Shown here one piece after another: positions 10,446-20,601 of a stretch of DNA of 64,000 nt. How positions within the stretch are numbered: the first letter of the stretch is position 1; the number at the start of each line of letters is the position of its first letter. The notes below the pieces were generated by a model. That model had not been told where the DNA came from, searched no databases, and worked only from the letters and a program-made list of their open reading frames with translations. The stretch spans positions 66,657 to 130,656 of the forward strand of contig JACRJP010000003.1 in NCBI GenBank assembly GCA_016215455.1, in the 5' to 3' direction. Origin of the DNA: Candidatus Tayloriibacteriota bacterium (GTDB lineage: Bacteria > Patescibacteriota > Minisyncoccia > Phycocordibacterales > PALSA-1337). The position numbers were made by a program, and so were the translations under genes.

Positions 10446-11474
10446 TTAAAACTCCACTTGTACGAGATATTTTGAACCGATAACTTCCCCATTTGGTTCA
10501 AAGGTATACTTAGTAATTTTTCCTTCAACTCCAGCAAGAATAGTCTTCTTTAATTCTTCAATAGACTTAGTTTTTGGTAGAAGTTGCGTCAAAAGCGTAC
10601 CAACATCATATGTTACTGCATCATAGAATGGGTATGCAGGGTCAGCGTTATACGTCGCCTTAAATGTTGTTTTAAAATCTTCAAAACCTGCTGTGGTAAG
10701 TTCTGCTCTCCAACAAACTCCGTGTAAACCAAAATCTTTAGGTGAGAATGAATAATCACAGAGGTTCACGTCTCCGATAATCGGAAGATTGAGTTTAAGA
10801 GTTTGCATTTCCTTGAGAACTTCCTTGGCAGCAATATCACTCACAGGAACATAAATAACCTTTGTTGCTCCAGAACCCTTTATCTTTGTAATAAGTGTCA
10901 GATATGTCTTATCTTCAGGTAGATACGCTTCTTTGAATACAACCTTTGCCTTATCAGACAATGCATCAACAACAGACTTTGCATAATCTTGATTTTGATA
11001 CAGTACAGCGTATGTATCTTCAGGGTGAGCAGCTATGTATTCATTAATCGCATCAACAATAGTTAGAGCATCAGGGATGAAACGAATGACTTCAGTGCCA
11101 GTTTTTCGAATATCAGATGATCCAGCATATGCAGTGAGAATAACATTACCATCTTGAGCAGCAAGAGGAGCAAGTGCTGAGACACTACCACTACATGCAG
11201 CATAGAATACTTTTACATCTTTAAGTTTGAGATTCTGATATGCCGAAAGAGCTTTCTTTATATCACATTGATCATCTTCATAAACAAAATTAACACCTGA
11301 ACTTGTTGCAACCAAACCAAGAGAACGTTGAATACTTTCACCAGCAGATGCGGCTGGTCCTGAGAAAGGTCCGATTACGCCAATAGTAAGATTTGTGGAC
11401 GACTTATTAGAAGTTACTCCAACAACAATAACGAGTAGTACTATGACGATAACGGCAAGTATAACTTTTTTCAT
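10446..11474 (-). CDS. ABC substrate-binding protein, Liv family (SBP3)
   Basis: TIGVIGPFSG, EDDQCD, AACSGS, TYD, FEPNGE. Confidence 0.88.
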   Translation of the reverse strand: MKKVILAVIVIVLLVIVVGVTSNKSSTNLTIGVIGPFSGPAASAGESIQRSLGLVATSSGVNFVYEDDQCDIKKALSAYQNLKLKDVKVFYAACSGSVSALAPLAAQDGNVILTAYAGSSDIRKTGTEVIRFIPDALTIVDAINEYIAAHPEDTYAVLYQNQDYAKSVVDALSDKAKVVFKEAYLPEDKTYLTLITKIKGSGATKVIYVPVSDIAAKEVLKEMQTLKLNLPIIGDVNLCDYSFSPKDFGLHGVCWRAELTTAGFEDFKTTFKATYNADPAYPFYDAVTYDVGTLLTQLLPKTKSIEELKKTILAGVEGKITKYTFEPNGEVIGSKYLVQVEF

Positions 11475-11495
11475 AGATAAATGAATTACTTTAGA

Positions 11496-12647
11496 TTATT
11501 GTAAATCAACATACTTTCCATCTTTCACTGTTCGGAATACCGCAGGACGTTCTACTTCACAGTCATTGTTAAATGAGAGAGTTCCAGTTATACCCTTATA
11601 TCCCTTGAGATTACTAATGTAGTCAGCAACCTTCTGTGGATCATCTCCCACCTTACCAATAGCTTCTGCGAGAAGAGTGACCATTTCATAGTGTGATGCT
11701 GCTAGATACACCGGTTTTGCAGTATATTTTGCAACATATTTTTCTTTGAAGCTTTTTGCTCTCGAAGAATCATTTGATGCTACATCAGATGTATATTCGT
11801 AATCGATGTAATCAATACCTTCTGCAAGTGAGATATTTTTGAGAGCAGGATTTTGAATTGTATAGTAATCGCTCACAAGTGGTTTTTTCCAACCGAGTTC
11901 AGAAATTTGCTTAAGCATTGGCTCCACAGTATTAGCTACCTGGACAACAACCATTGCCTGAGCTTCATTTTGCACAGTCTTAAGTTTTGTTATATTAGTG
12001 CGATAATCTCCATTACCTGCTGCATTGTAAAATTCAGAAACAAGAATCTTACCTCCTTGAGCCTCAAAAGCCTTAGAGAATTCAGTATATATACCTCTTC
12101 CATATTCATTATCAGGTAAAAATGTCACTACCTTAGTGTAATTTTTCTTTGCAAGAAGTTGTGCATAGCCAGGACCAAAGCTTTTTGCAGTCAAAGCGAT
12201 ACGACATGATAGATTTGACCCATCAAAATATGCTGGGGTTGTTGCTCCTGGGACCAACATGACCTTACCGTCCTTAACTGCCACAGGACGAATCGCAGCA
12301 ACTACAGGACTACCATCAGCGACAATATAATTGATACCGGCAAGTTTGAGCGCATTATACGCATCTAAAGACTTTTTAGAATCATAGGCAGAATCTTCCA
12401 TGACCAGCTCAAGTTTTCGGCCATTAATACCGCCAGCTGCGTTAATTTCCTCAATAGCAATAAGACTTGCTTGTTTCTGAAGATCACCAACGAGAGCTTG
12501 TGAACCTGAAAGAATATAAGCACCTCCAATTTTAATTGTTTCGTTTGAAGCTTTATTTCGAGAGAGACCTGTCACTACAACAGCTACTATTACAATCAAG
12601 ACAATGGCCCATAACCATACCGAACTCTTCTTTTGACCTGTTTCCAT
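11496..12647 (-). CDS. ABC substrate-binding protein, Liv family (SBP4)
   Basis: KIGGAYILSG, INAAGGINGRKLELVMED, GITGTLSFN. Confidence 0.9.
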   Translation of the reverse strand: METGQKKSSVWLWAIVLIVIVAVVVTGLSRNKASNETIKIGGAYILSGSQALVGDLQKQASLIAIEEINAAGGINGRKLELVMEDSAYDSKKSLDAYNALKLAGINYIVADGSPVVAAIRPVAVKDGKVMLVPGATTPAYFDGSNLSCRIALTAKSFGPGYAQLLAKKNYTKVVTFLPDNEYGRGIYTEFSKAFEAQGGKILVSEFYNAAGNGDYRTNITKLKTVQNEAQAMVVVQVANTVEPMLKQISELGWKKPLVSDYYTIQNPALKNISLAEGIDYIDYEYTSDVASNDSSRAKSFKEKYVAKYTAKPVYLAASHYEMVTLLAEAIGKVGDDPQKVADYISNLKGYKGITGTLSFNNDCEVERPAVFRTVKDGKYVDLQ

Positions 12648-12695
12648 GGAATTATGCTTATATATAATGATTTATACATTAAGCATAACATATCC

Positions 12696-13766
12696 CTAAA
12701 TTTGCACACCCTTACCATCCTTGATAGTCCAGATTGATGCCTTTGTGTGGAAGTTGCTACTTTCAGGAGTCTTTGTTACCTTACCCGCCTTACCATCATA
12801 TGCAGTAATTGCCTTAAAGTTTGTAACAGCATCTCCTTCTTTTTCAAAACTCTGCACGAGCATATTGAAGATGTCATATCCGTACGGCGCAGCTCGAACA
12901 TTAAAGCGAAGTGTTGGATTCTTTTGTGCAAAAACATCAGCAAATGTAGGGTCAGCGAGCATTGAATCACTGTACCAAAGACCTTCATAGAGTTTTGGTT
13001 CTGGACTTGCAGCAAAGAGAGCTGTAGTACTGAGATTCTTTACCCCTTCATCAATAAATTGCTTTGAAATAATATCGAGAGACGGTGGAAATGCACCGAT
13101 ATAGTAGAGATCAGGCTTACTTGCCTTTGCTTTTGAAACAATAGTTTTAAAATCACGAACATTTCCATCAAATGCATCTCGATACACAATCTTGATACCA
13201 TATTGAGGGATAATTCGTACCATTTCATCAGTAATAACCTTAATACCAGGATGTACCTGCTCAAGAACTGCAATAGTTTTTACCCCGCGACGCTGTGCCT
13301 CTCCTAACCAAACAGGAACTTCATCAACAGGTGTCATACCGTTAGTGAAGTTATACGGAACATTACCAATCGTAACATCAGTGCAGTCACAAACATGGAT
13401 TACACCAGCTTTTTCAGCAATATTTTTTACTGCATTACCTGTACTTGAAGTCGTTGTAATGATCGCCTTCACTTTATCAATAGCAATAAGTTTGTTTGCG
13501 GCACTTGCTGCAGTTGCTTGGTTTGTTGTGTCGTCTTCAACAATCACTTCGTATGTATATTTTGTTGATTTGCCCACAAGATCAGCTACTGCGAGTTCAA
13601 CTCCTTTAGCAAGAGTCGCACCATATGCAGCACCTCCTCCTGTTAGAGGGGCTACGACACCAATTTTAATAACTTGTGTTTCACTTGATGGAGAAACAAT
13701 GCCAACATATGCAAGTACTGCGATAATAATGATAGCTACCACTGACACTATGATTCTTTTATTCAT
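12696..13766 (-). CDS. ABC substrate-binding protein, Liv family (SBP5)
   Basis: KIGVVAPLTG, EDD, DFKT, YGYD; TATACT 7 nt upstream of ATG 13766. Confidence 0.9.
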   Translation of the reverse strand: MNKRIIVSVVAIIIIAVLAYVGIVSPSSETQVIKIGVVAPLTGGGAAYGATLAKGVELAVADLVGKSTKYTYEVIVEDDTTNQATAASAANKLIAIDKVKAIITTTSSTGNAVKNIAEKAGVIHVCDCTDVTIGNVPYNFTNGMTPVDEVPVWLGEAQRRGVKTIAVLEQVHPGIKVITDEMVRIIPQYGIKIVYRDAFDGNVRDFKTIVSKAKASKPDLYYIGAFPPSLDIISKQFIDEGVKNLSTTALFAASPEPKLYEGLWYSDSMLADPTFADVFAQKNPTLRFNVRAAPYGYDIFNMLVQSFEKEGDAVTNFKAITAYDGKAGKVTKTPESSNFHTKASIWTIKDGKGVQI

Positions 13767-13905
13767 GTCTACTAGTATACCTCTAAAGATTATATTGACC
13801 AATAAATAAGACACTAATTTATCAAAATATACAAATAACCTTGATTTATATAGATTCTATGTTATATTATAGTTGTCATAAATCTTGACAGTAATCACAT
13901 ATATC

Positions 13906-14664
13906 ATGAATATCCCTCAATCACTCATTTTCCTTGGTCTCGATGAACACCAAGCACGACTATATACTCATCTCCTAAAACAGCCTAAAAATGCTGAGCT
14001 AACTGTCTTTTCTATTGCCAAAAATATTGACATGCCCCGCTCAACGGTCTACCTTACCCTTCAAGAACTTGAGACAAAGAAACTTGTGTCGTCGTATAAG
14101 AAGAATAATGTACTTCGATATATCGTTGGTGATCCTTCACGACTTGTCCGTGACCTTGAAGAGAAGCAAGAGATCCTGACTGCACTCCTCCCTACTCTAC
14201 AATCACTATCAAAAGATTCTCCTTTCTCACCTTCTGTTCAAACATTCTCAGGAGCAAAAGGAGTTATTACAGTATTCGATGATCTCTATAATAATCCAAA
14301 AGAGAATGGTGTTCGAGAATATCACACATTTTCTCATCCTAAACTTATTGAATATATGCCGAAAAAGTTTCCCAAATATATGGAAGCAAAAAAGAAACTC
14401 AATATTCCAAGCAAACTTCTTGTTCCTGGATTTCTCGCAAAAAACACCCCTAAAGAATATATGTCAGATAGCCATCGTGAGACTCGCTTCTTACCTAACT
14501 CAGTCAATTTTGAAGGAACCCTTGTTATCTATGGTCGCAAAACAGCAATATTCTCTCATCGAGACAATGAAGTCTATTCTATGATCATTGACTCGCCTGC
14601 TATTACCGAAATGCTTGATGCTATATTTCTTACGCTGTGGAATTTGGTACCGAAGAGTAAGTAA
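13906..14664 (+). CDS. TrmB-family transcriptional regulator (TrmB1)
   Basis: N-terminal wHTH (IAKNIDMPRSTVYLTLQELETKKLV), linker helix, C-terminal PLD-like effector domain (RFLP...IYGRKTAIFS...F..LW). Confidence 0.88.
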   Translation: MNIPQSLIFLGLDEHQARLYTHLLKQPKNAELTVFSIAKNIDMPRSTVYLTLQELETKKLVSSYKKNNVLRYIVGDPSRLVRDLEEKQEILTALLPTLQSLSKDSPFSPSVQTFSGAKGVITVFDDLYNNPKENGVREYHTFSHPKLIEYMPKKFPKYMEAKKKLNIPSKLLVPGFLAKNTPKEYMSDSHRETRFLPNSVNFEGTLVIYGRKTAIFSHRDNEVYSMIIDSPAITEMLDAIFLTLWNLVPKSK

Positions 14665-14666
14665 CT

Positions 14667-15419
14667 CTATTCCCCCAAATAAGCTTCTATCACATCTTTA
14701 CGAGCAAGCACTTCAAGAGGTTTTCCGTCAGCAAGAAGTTTACCAGCATCGAGAACATAGAGATGATCGGAGAGTTCACGGATAATATCCATATTGTGTT
14801 CAACAAGCACTACTGCCTTTCCCTTATCGCGTAATTCTTTCATAACAGAGATAACTGTCTTTACCATCTCTGGAAAAAGTCCTGCAAAAGGTTCATCAAA
14901 GAAAATGAGCTCAATTTCTCCTGGAGCACCGTGGAGCATTCCAAGTACACGAGCAATTTCAAGAAGCTTACGCTGACCATATGAAAGATTCTTTGCTAAT
15001 TCATTTCTTTTCTCCCAAAGACCAACTCGCTTGAGAACTTCTTCGGCACGTTCAAGATGGTACGTTCCGTGTTTTTCAAAAAGAGCAGAGACAATATTGC
15101 GCTCCGTAAGCACCACGAGAACATTGTCGAGTACTGGCATTTGTTCAAAGAGTTTTACATCTTGAAATGTTCGCGTCATGCCATAGAGTGGAACTTGATG
15201 TGGTACAACTTTTGTAAGATGTGTTGTGTCAGCAATGATAACGGCACCACCATCAACAGGAATCATACCTGTGAGAGTATTGATAAGAGTCGACTTGCCT
15301 GAGCCATTAGGACCGACAATACTCGTGATTTTACCGGCTTCAAATGTCACCGATAGATGATCGACAGCATGAACACCATCAAATTTCTTCTCTAGATTGT
15401 GAGTACGGAGGTAAGGCAT
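14667..15419 (-). CDS. livG: Branched-chain amino acid-type ABC transporter ATPase LivG
   Basis: GPNGSGKST, RTFQ, LSYGQRKLLEIAR, DEPFAG, VIEAYLG. Confidence 0.92.
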   Translation of the reverse strand: MPYLRTHNLEKKFDGVHAVDHLSVTFEAGKITSIVGPNGSGKSTLINTLTGMIPVDGGAVIIADTTHLTKVVPHQVPLYGMTRTFQDVKLFEQMPVLDNVLVVLTERNIVSALFEKHGTYHLERAEEVLKRVGLWEKRNELAKNLSYGQRKLLEIARVLGMLHGAPGEIELIFFDEPFAGLFPEMVKTVISVMKELRDKGKAVVLVEHNMDIIRELSDHLYVLDAGKLLADGKPLEVLARKDVIEAYLGE

Positions 15420-15443
15420 AGATGTTTCCTTGTCCCCTATATT

Positions 15444-16523
15444 CTACTTCATTTCAGATATTTTTCCACCTGAGATGACCATGATCTTTGTCTTAGGTTT
15501 TCGATTACCTAATGCATCAAATTCTGTTTTGCCTGTAGCACCATCAAGAGATATATTCTTAATATTTTCTATCCATTTCTTTTGATCAGTCGCATATGCT
15601 GTTACAAGAATATTGAATGCATCATATCCAATATCTGCCAAAAATGGAGCATCTACCCCGTAACGTTCTTTATATGCTTTTTTAAAATCTTCTGTCGTAT
15701 CAAACTGAGACGTACCAACGAGTGTTCCATCAAGTACCGTGAGATCTCCCATGATTCTTTGATAATCAGAATAACCTGACTGGAAACTCGCATCAAAGAA
15801 AAACTGTGGCTTATTTTTAGCTACTTTCAAAAATTCCTTCATAAACTGTGCGCCTTGCTGAGGAAAGATAAATAGCCCAACGTTACTTGGTGATCCTTGA
15901 GAAACCTTAAGAGCATGAGTTCGAAAATCTTTTTCTGAAGAGTCGATAATAAAATCATGCGTTATACCAGCAAATCCTTTTTTAAAACTCTCCACAAAAC
16001 GAATCATCGCATCGTTATTTGTGTACACAATCGACATTTCTTTTACTCCCTTGTTCTTCATATATACTCCGTAATCATATTCAGATGCAATACTGTTCGG
16101 CCAAATACCAAACACATTATCAACAGCGGGTTCACGTCCTTGTTCGCCCAACTGTATTACGGGAAGATTGGTTTTTGTAACAAGATCGTATATAGAGTCA
16201 ATGGTAGGTGTTGAAGCATTAATGAGAGCATCCACCTTATCAACTGAAACAATCTTTCGATATGCACTTACTCCTTTACCTCCATTAAAACCATCATCTT
16301 CAATAACAATACTCACTTGAGAATTGGGATTATTCTTATTGTAGGTTTCTTGAGCAAGAACAACACCATTCTTGAAACTTTCACCAACAACCGCATAGTC
16401 ACCACTTAAGATACTTATGAGACCAACCTTAAAACTTTTTGGTTGTAAATTTTGTTGGAAGCCCCATACCACAAAGATGATCACAATGACTGCAGCAATA
16501 CCCCACCCGATTTTTTTATTCAT
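15444..16523 (-). CDS. ABC substrate-binding protein, Liv family (SBP6)
   Basis: KVGLISILSGD, EDD, DFRT, GYDA, GATGKTEFD. Confidence 0.88.
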   Translation of the reverse strand: MNKKIGWGIAAVIVIIFVVWGFQQNLQPKSFKVGLISILSGDYAVVGESFKNGVVLAQETYNKNNPNSQVSIVIEDDGFNGGKGVSAYRKIVSVDKVDALINASTPTIDSIYDLVTKTNLPVIQLGEQGREPAVDNVFGIWPNSIASEYDYGVYMKNKGVKEMSIVYTNNDAMIRFVESFKKGFAGITHDFIIDSSEKDFRTHALKVSQGSPSNVGLFIFPQQGAQFMKEFLKVAKNKPQFFFDASFQSGYSDYQRIMGDLTVLDGTLVGTSQFDTTEDFKKAYKERYGVDAPFLADIGYDAFNILVTAYATDQKKWIENIKNISLDGATGKTEFDALGNRKPKTKIMVISGGKISEMK

Positions 16524-16631
16524 AGCGCTGATAATTAAATAATGTACAAAGTGTAACACGACCCTCTTTTTGGCAATAGGCATAAAATCATCAGAATTGC
16601 TGATATTTTTGGTTTGTGGTATACCTGTGAC

Positions 16632-17378
16632 ATGTCTCACTTAGAAACACTTCTGAATGATATCGGCCTTACCCCAAAGGAAAGTTCGGTCTATATAGCC
16701 TTGTTAAAGCTTGGTTCTGCCTCTGCATATGCTATTTCAGAGATGGCGGGAATTAAGCCGCCAACTACCTATCTTACTCTTCAAAATCTTATCAGAAAAA
16801 ATATCGTTATCACCCTTCCACGAGCAAAGAAGCAGTTATTCGCAGTAAAGCCCCCCGAAGAACTCATTAAGATGTATGAAGATAAAGTAAGTCGCATCAA
16901 GAAATCTTTACCCCAATTTGAAGCTCTTGTGCCCGATGTGAAGCCTCAAATTAAAGTGAGCTACTATCAAGGATATAAAGGTGTCGAAGAAGCCTTACAC
17001 TATAGCGACAAACGGCATCCAACATCAAAAGAAATGATCGCGTTTTATGCGAGCGGAGAAAAGATAGACGAGAAATACATTGAGCTTTCAAAGAGATACA
17101 TGACTACTCGTCATAAGTTAGGAACAATCATTCGAGGTATTACACCCAAAGATCCAACTTACGATAGAGAGTTACAGAAATTTAATGAAAGTCTCGGATA
17201 CAATATCTTGTCTGTTCCCCATAACGAATATTCTGCCCAGGCTTCAATCGAAGCTGATGATTATATTGTTCGCATTATCATGCTAAAAGAGGAAAAAGCT
17301 CTCATCATCGAAAACGCCGAACTCGCAAAAATGGTTCGACAGATATTCGAGATGGTGTGGAAGGTAAAAAAACCTTAG
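16632..17378 (+). CDS. TrmB-family transcriptional regulator (TrmB2)
   Basis: IGLTPKESSVYIALL...GIKPPTTYLTLQNL; C-terminal FEMVW. Confidence 0.88.
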   Translation: MSHLETLLNDIGLTPKESSVYIALLKLGSASAYAISEMAGIKPPTTYLTLQNLIRKNIVITLPRAKKQLFAVKPPEELIKMYEDKVSRIKKSLPQFEALVPDVKPQIKVSYYQGYKGVEEALHYSDKRHPTSKEMIAFYASGEKIDEKYIELSKRYMTTRHKLGTIIRGITPKDPTYDRELQKFNESLGYNILSVPHNEYSAQASIEADDYIVRIIMLKEEKALIIENAELAKMVRQIFEMVWKVKKP

Positions 17379-17382
17379 GTAT

Positions 17383-17412
17383 AAAAAACGAAACCCCGCC
17401 AGTGTGGCGGGG
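17383..17412 (-). terminator. Intrinsic terminator downstream of SBP7
   Basis: CCCCGCCA-gtg-TGGCGGGG with U-tract on minus strand. Confidence 0.75.
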
Positions 17413-17480
17413 AATCTCTGAGGCCGAAGCCGATAGTGAGTACGTAGTACATCCATTTCTTTCAAAACACAACTTTCAAT

Positions 17481-18575
17481 TTAATACTTCACCTGTACCC
17501 CATTTCTAATAACCTGAATCTCAACGAGATTACTTTGAGTTGTATGATCAGGATTAAATTTAATAACACCATTTGGAGTCTCAAAAGAATTCTGTGCTAT
17601 ATACGAAGCCACCTGACTCGCATCAGTCGTTTTAGCAATTGCATCTGCTAACACATGCACAGCTTCAAAACTCTTATCAGCAGACTTTGCCGGCTCAGCA
17701 TTGTATTCCGCTTTATACAACTTCGTAAATTCAGGTGATGAGACTTCCCAATTAATGATTGCAACCCCTTCAAGAATACTCTTGTCTTTCTCATCTACGA
17801 ATGAATCAGTCAAACCATTGTAACTAATGATTTTTGGGGTGAAGCCAAGTTGCTTTGACTGTACCAAGAAATTCACCGGATCATTACCCACCATATCCAA
17901 GAACACAGCATCAACCTTTTGAGATTTTAATTTAGCAATAGTCGTCTTGAAATCGTTATTTCCAATCTGAGTGTATTCTTCATTTACAATTCCAGCATAT
18001 CCAAGTGATTTCATTACACTATCGAGAGTCTTTGCGATTTCTTTTCCAAAACTAGATTGTAAATGTACCACAGCAAGATTGTTTATTTTTTCTTTTTCAA
18101 GATATCTTCGAAGTTCACCGAGGGGCTGATTGAAATTTGTTCTCATAACAAAGCTCTGAGCATTGAGATCAAATCCTTCTTCAATTCGAAAGTTGGCCGG
18201 AGAAATGAATGCTCGTTTATTATTCAAAGCCAAAGGAATAAGTGGCTGTGCAGTGAAATCAAATGTTCCACCAATGACACCATCAACATTATCCAGACTT
18301 ACAAGCTTATTGTATGCAGTAACAGCATCTTTACCTTCAGTATGATCATCTTCAATAACAAGCTCAATCTGTCGGCCATTGATTCCGCCATTTGCATTAA
18401 TATTCTTGACCGCTAATTCCATACCGTTTTTCGAATATTCACCCCATGGTGCAGCAAATCCTGTTAGAGATATAACAGCTCCGATCTTAATCGTATCGTT
18501 ATTCTTTGGTTGTACATTGATGATAATAGCCACTATCGCCGCACATATAAGTACTATAATGATTACTTTTTTCAT
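17481..18575 (-). CDS. ABC substrate-binding protein, Liv family (SBP7)
   Basis: KIGAVISLTG, INANGGINGRQIELVIEDD, DFKT. Confidence 0.9.
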   Translation of the reverse strand: MKKVIIIVLICAAIVAIIINVQPKNNDTIKIGAVISLTGFAAPWGEYSKNGMELAVKNINANGGINGRQIELVIEDDHTEGKDAVTAYNKLVSLDNVDGVIGGTFDFTAQPLIPLALNNKRAFISPANFRIEEGFDLNAQSFVMRTNFNQPLGELRRYLEKEKINNLAVVHLQSSFGKEIAKTLDSVMKSLGYAGIVNEEYTQIGNNDFKTTIAKLKSQKVDAVFLDMVGNDPVNFLVQSKQLGFTPKIISYNGLTDSFVDEKDKSILEGVAIINWEVSSPEFTKLYKAEYNAEPAKSADKSFEAVHVLADAIAKTTDASQVASYIAQNSFETPNGVIKFNPDHTTQSNLVEIQVIRNGVQVKY

Positions 18576-18636
18576 ATTGTCATAAGTATATACTCATGGT
18601 ACTATATGTCCATAATACGGCGAAAAGCGAATACTT

Positions 18637-19407
18637 ATGAAAAATAATGATTTTTTAGATGTTTTAGGTCTTAAAGCAGTTCCCAAGAAAGTTTTGGTGG
18701 ATCTAGTTCAGCATGGCACTTCCAAGGTAACTGAGATCTCTTCCCGTCTCCACCTCCCTAAATCATCGGTATATGATGCCCTTTCAATACTTGTCGAAAA
18801 AAGTCTTGTAAATGAATACAGTGACGATCGCGGGAAGATGTTTGGACTGTCTGATAATGAACAACTAGCACGAGTTCATGCTGAAAAAATAGAAGAATTC
18901 AAAAAGGCACAGGCTTCCCTCCTCTCTTTCATTACAACCCATGCTCGTGAAGACAATGTAGTACAACCAAAAATTAAATTCTATTCAGGTATCATTGGTA
19001 TCAAACAAGCCTTCCGTGACATGATGTGGAATAGCAAGTACAAGGAGGCATATCTCATGTGGCCAATGCAAAATATGCTCGATAGTATCGATGAAGATTT
19101 TCTTAAGTGGCATGGCAAACAACGCTACAAATACAATGTAGTTATTTACTCTATTGAAAAACACAGCGACAGAAAATTAAAGATACGAGATCGTGAGTGG
19201 CTTGAAAGTGATCTAAAAACAAAACTCACAGAAGTCCGTTATCTTCCCAAAGGAATCGATTGGAAAATGAGTTACTGGATCTATGGTGACAAATGTCTCT
19301 TTGCCAGTGGTGATAGAGAACAAATTGCTTTCACCATTCACAGCAAAGAATTCTGCGACATCATGAAACTCATGTGGAAACAAATGTGGGTAGTGGCGAA
19401 GAAGTAA
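18637..19407 (+). CDS. TrmB-family transcriptional regulator (TrmB3)
   Basis: ISSRLHLPKSSVYDALSILVEKSLV; PKIKFYSG; VRYLP...IYGDK...MW. Confidence 0.88.
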   Translation: MKNNDFLDVLGLKAVPKKVLVDLVQHGTSKVTEISSRLHLPKSSVYDALSILVEKSLVNEYSDDRGKMFGLSDNEQLARVHAEKIEEFKKAQASLLSFITTHAREDNVVQPKIKFYSGIIGIKQAFRDMMWNSKYKEAYLMWPMQNMLDSIDEDFLKWHGKQRYKYNVVIYSIEKHSDRKLKIRDREWLESDLKTKLTEVRYLPKGIDWKMSYWIYGDKCLFASGDREQIAFTIHSKEFCDIMKLMWKQMWVVAKK

Positions 19408-19410
19408 TAA

Positions 19411-20547
19411 TTACTTAATCTTCATCGGCGTACTGGTCGCACCATCAAAGCCCATGAGAATAACCTGAGCATCTGATCGATCACGAAATTCGTTGAAGGT
19501 GATTGTTCCAGAAGCACCATCAAATGGCGTGAATGCTGTCTTTACCTTTTCCACATCAGTAGTACCAGCTTTTTCAACTGCTCGAGCAATCATATATACA
19601 GCATCATACGCTGTATCTGCCCCAGGACCTGGTTCAGTACCATACTTTGCTTTGAAAGCATCAACGAAAACTTGTCTCGAAGGTGTGTAGATAGCGTATA
19701 TTAGGTTCTTAAGATACGGAACTGAAACCTTGGCTGTTGCACCAAGAGCCGCAACATCAACTGGGTAAAGAATGGGTGTGCCAATTTTAAGCTCACCAGA
19801 CTGCTGGAGAAAACGTTCGATAGGGCCAGAAGTAATCGCAGCAAATACTGCATCAGGCTTTGATTGCTTAATCTTACTAACATGTGTTTTGAAATCCTGA
19901 GTATCGATTGGGAAAGAAACTGGACTCACGACCTTAATTCCCTGTTCTTTTGCAAGTGAGGTAAATACTTCAATGAGAGAATTTTCCCAAGGACCGATAC
20001 TTTGAACGAGTGCTACCTTTTTGAAATTTTTACTCTTTGCATATGCGACCAATTCCTTTACAGCAATTGCATCAGACGGCCATGTTCGATAGAGATACTC
20101 ACTTTTCTTTGTAAAATCAGCAGCTCCAGCAGAGACAGTAACTGTTAAAATCTTATTCTGAGTAATGATAGGAATTACCGGTTCTGTCTGATCAGTCCAG
20201 CCAGTGAGAAGGAAATTGACCTTGTCGATTGAAATAAGTTTATTGACAGCAGAGACTGAGCCCTTTGCCTCACTATAATTGTCTTCTGTCACCACTACCA
20301 CCTGTCGGCCGAGAACACCACCATTTTGATTGATCTGGAAAGCCGCCAATTCCGCTCCTTGTTTTGAAGGTTCGCCCCATGAGGCACCGAAGCTTGAGAG
20401 CGCGAAATTAGCGCCAATTTTGATGAGTTCTTGAGTACCACCTACATCCTGTCGTGAAGTCGAACCCTTTGTTACAAAGCTGACCCCTACAACAATAATC
20501 ACCACAAGTACCACCAATCCGACGATGATTTTACCTAATTTAGTCAT
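19411..20547 (-). CDS. ABC substrate-binding protein, Liv family (SBP8)
   Basis: INQNGGVLGR, YLYRTWPSD, DFKT, AYDAVY, GASGTITFN. Confidence 0.92.
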   Translation of the reverse strand: MTKLGKIIVGLVVLVVIIVVGVSFVTKGSTSRQDVGGTQELIKIGANFALSSFGASWGEPSKQGAELAAFQINQNGGVLGRQVVVVTEDNYSEAKGSVSAVNKLISIDKVNFLLTGWTDQTEPVIPIITQNKILTVTVSAGAADFTKKSEYLYRTWPSDAIAVKELVAYAKSKNFKKVALVQSIGPWENSLIEVFTSLAKEQGIKVVSPVSFPIDTQDFKTHVSKIKQSKPDAVFAAITSGPIERFLQQSGELKIGTPILYPVDVAALGATAKVSVPYLKNLIYAIYTPSRQVFVDAFKAKYGTEPGPGADTAYDAVYMIARAVEKAGTTDVEKVKTAFTPFDGASGTITFNEFRDRSDAQVILMGFDGATSTPMKIK

Positions 20548-20601
20548 ATATTTAATGTATGACCATATTCTGGGCTTAAACAAAGCACTTGTAAAGAGTT
20601 T

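Noticed and set aside
17415-17435. Hammerhead-like string ctgaggccgaagccgata
   Set aside because: Lacks the CUGANGA and GAAA core and flanking stems
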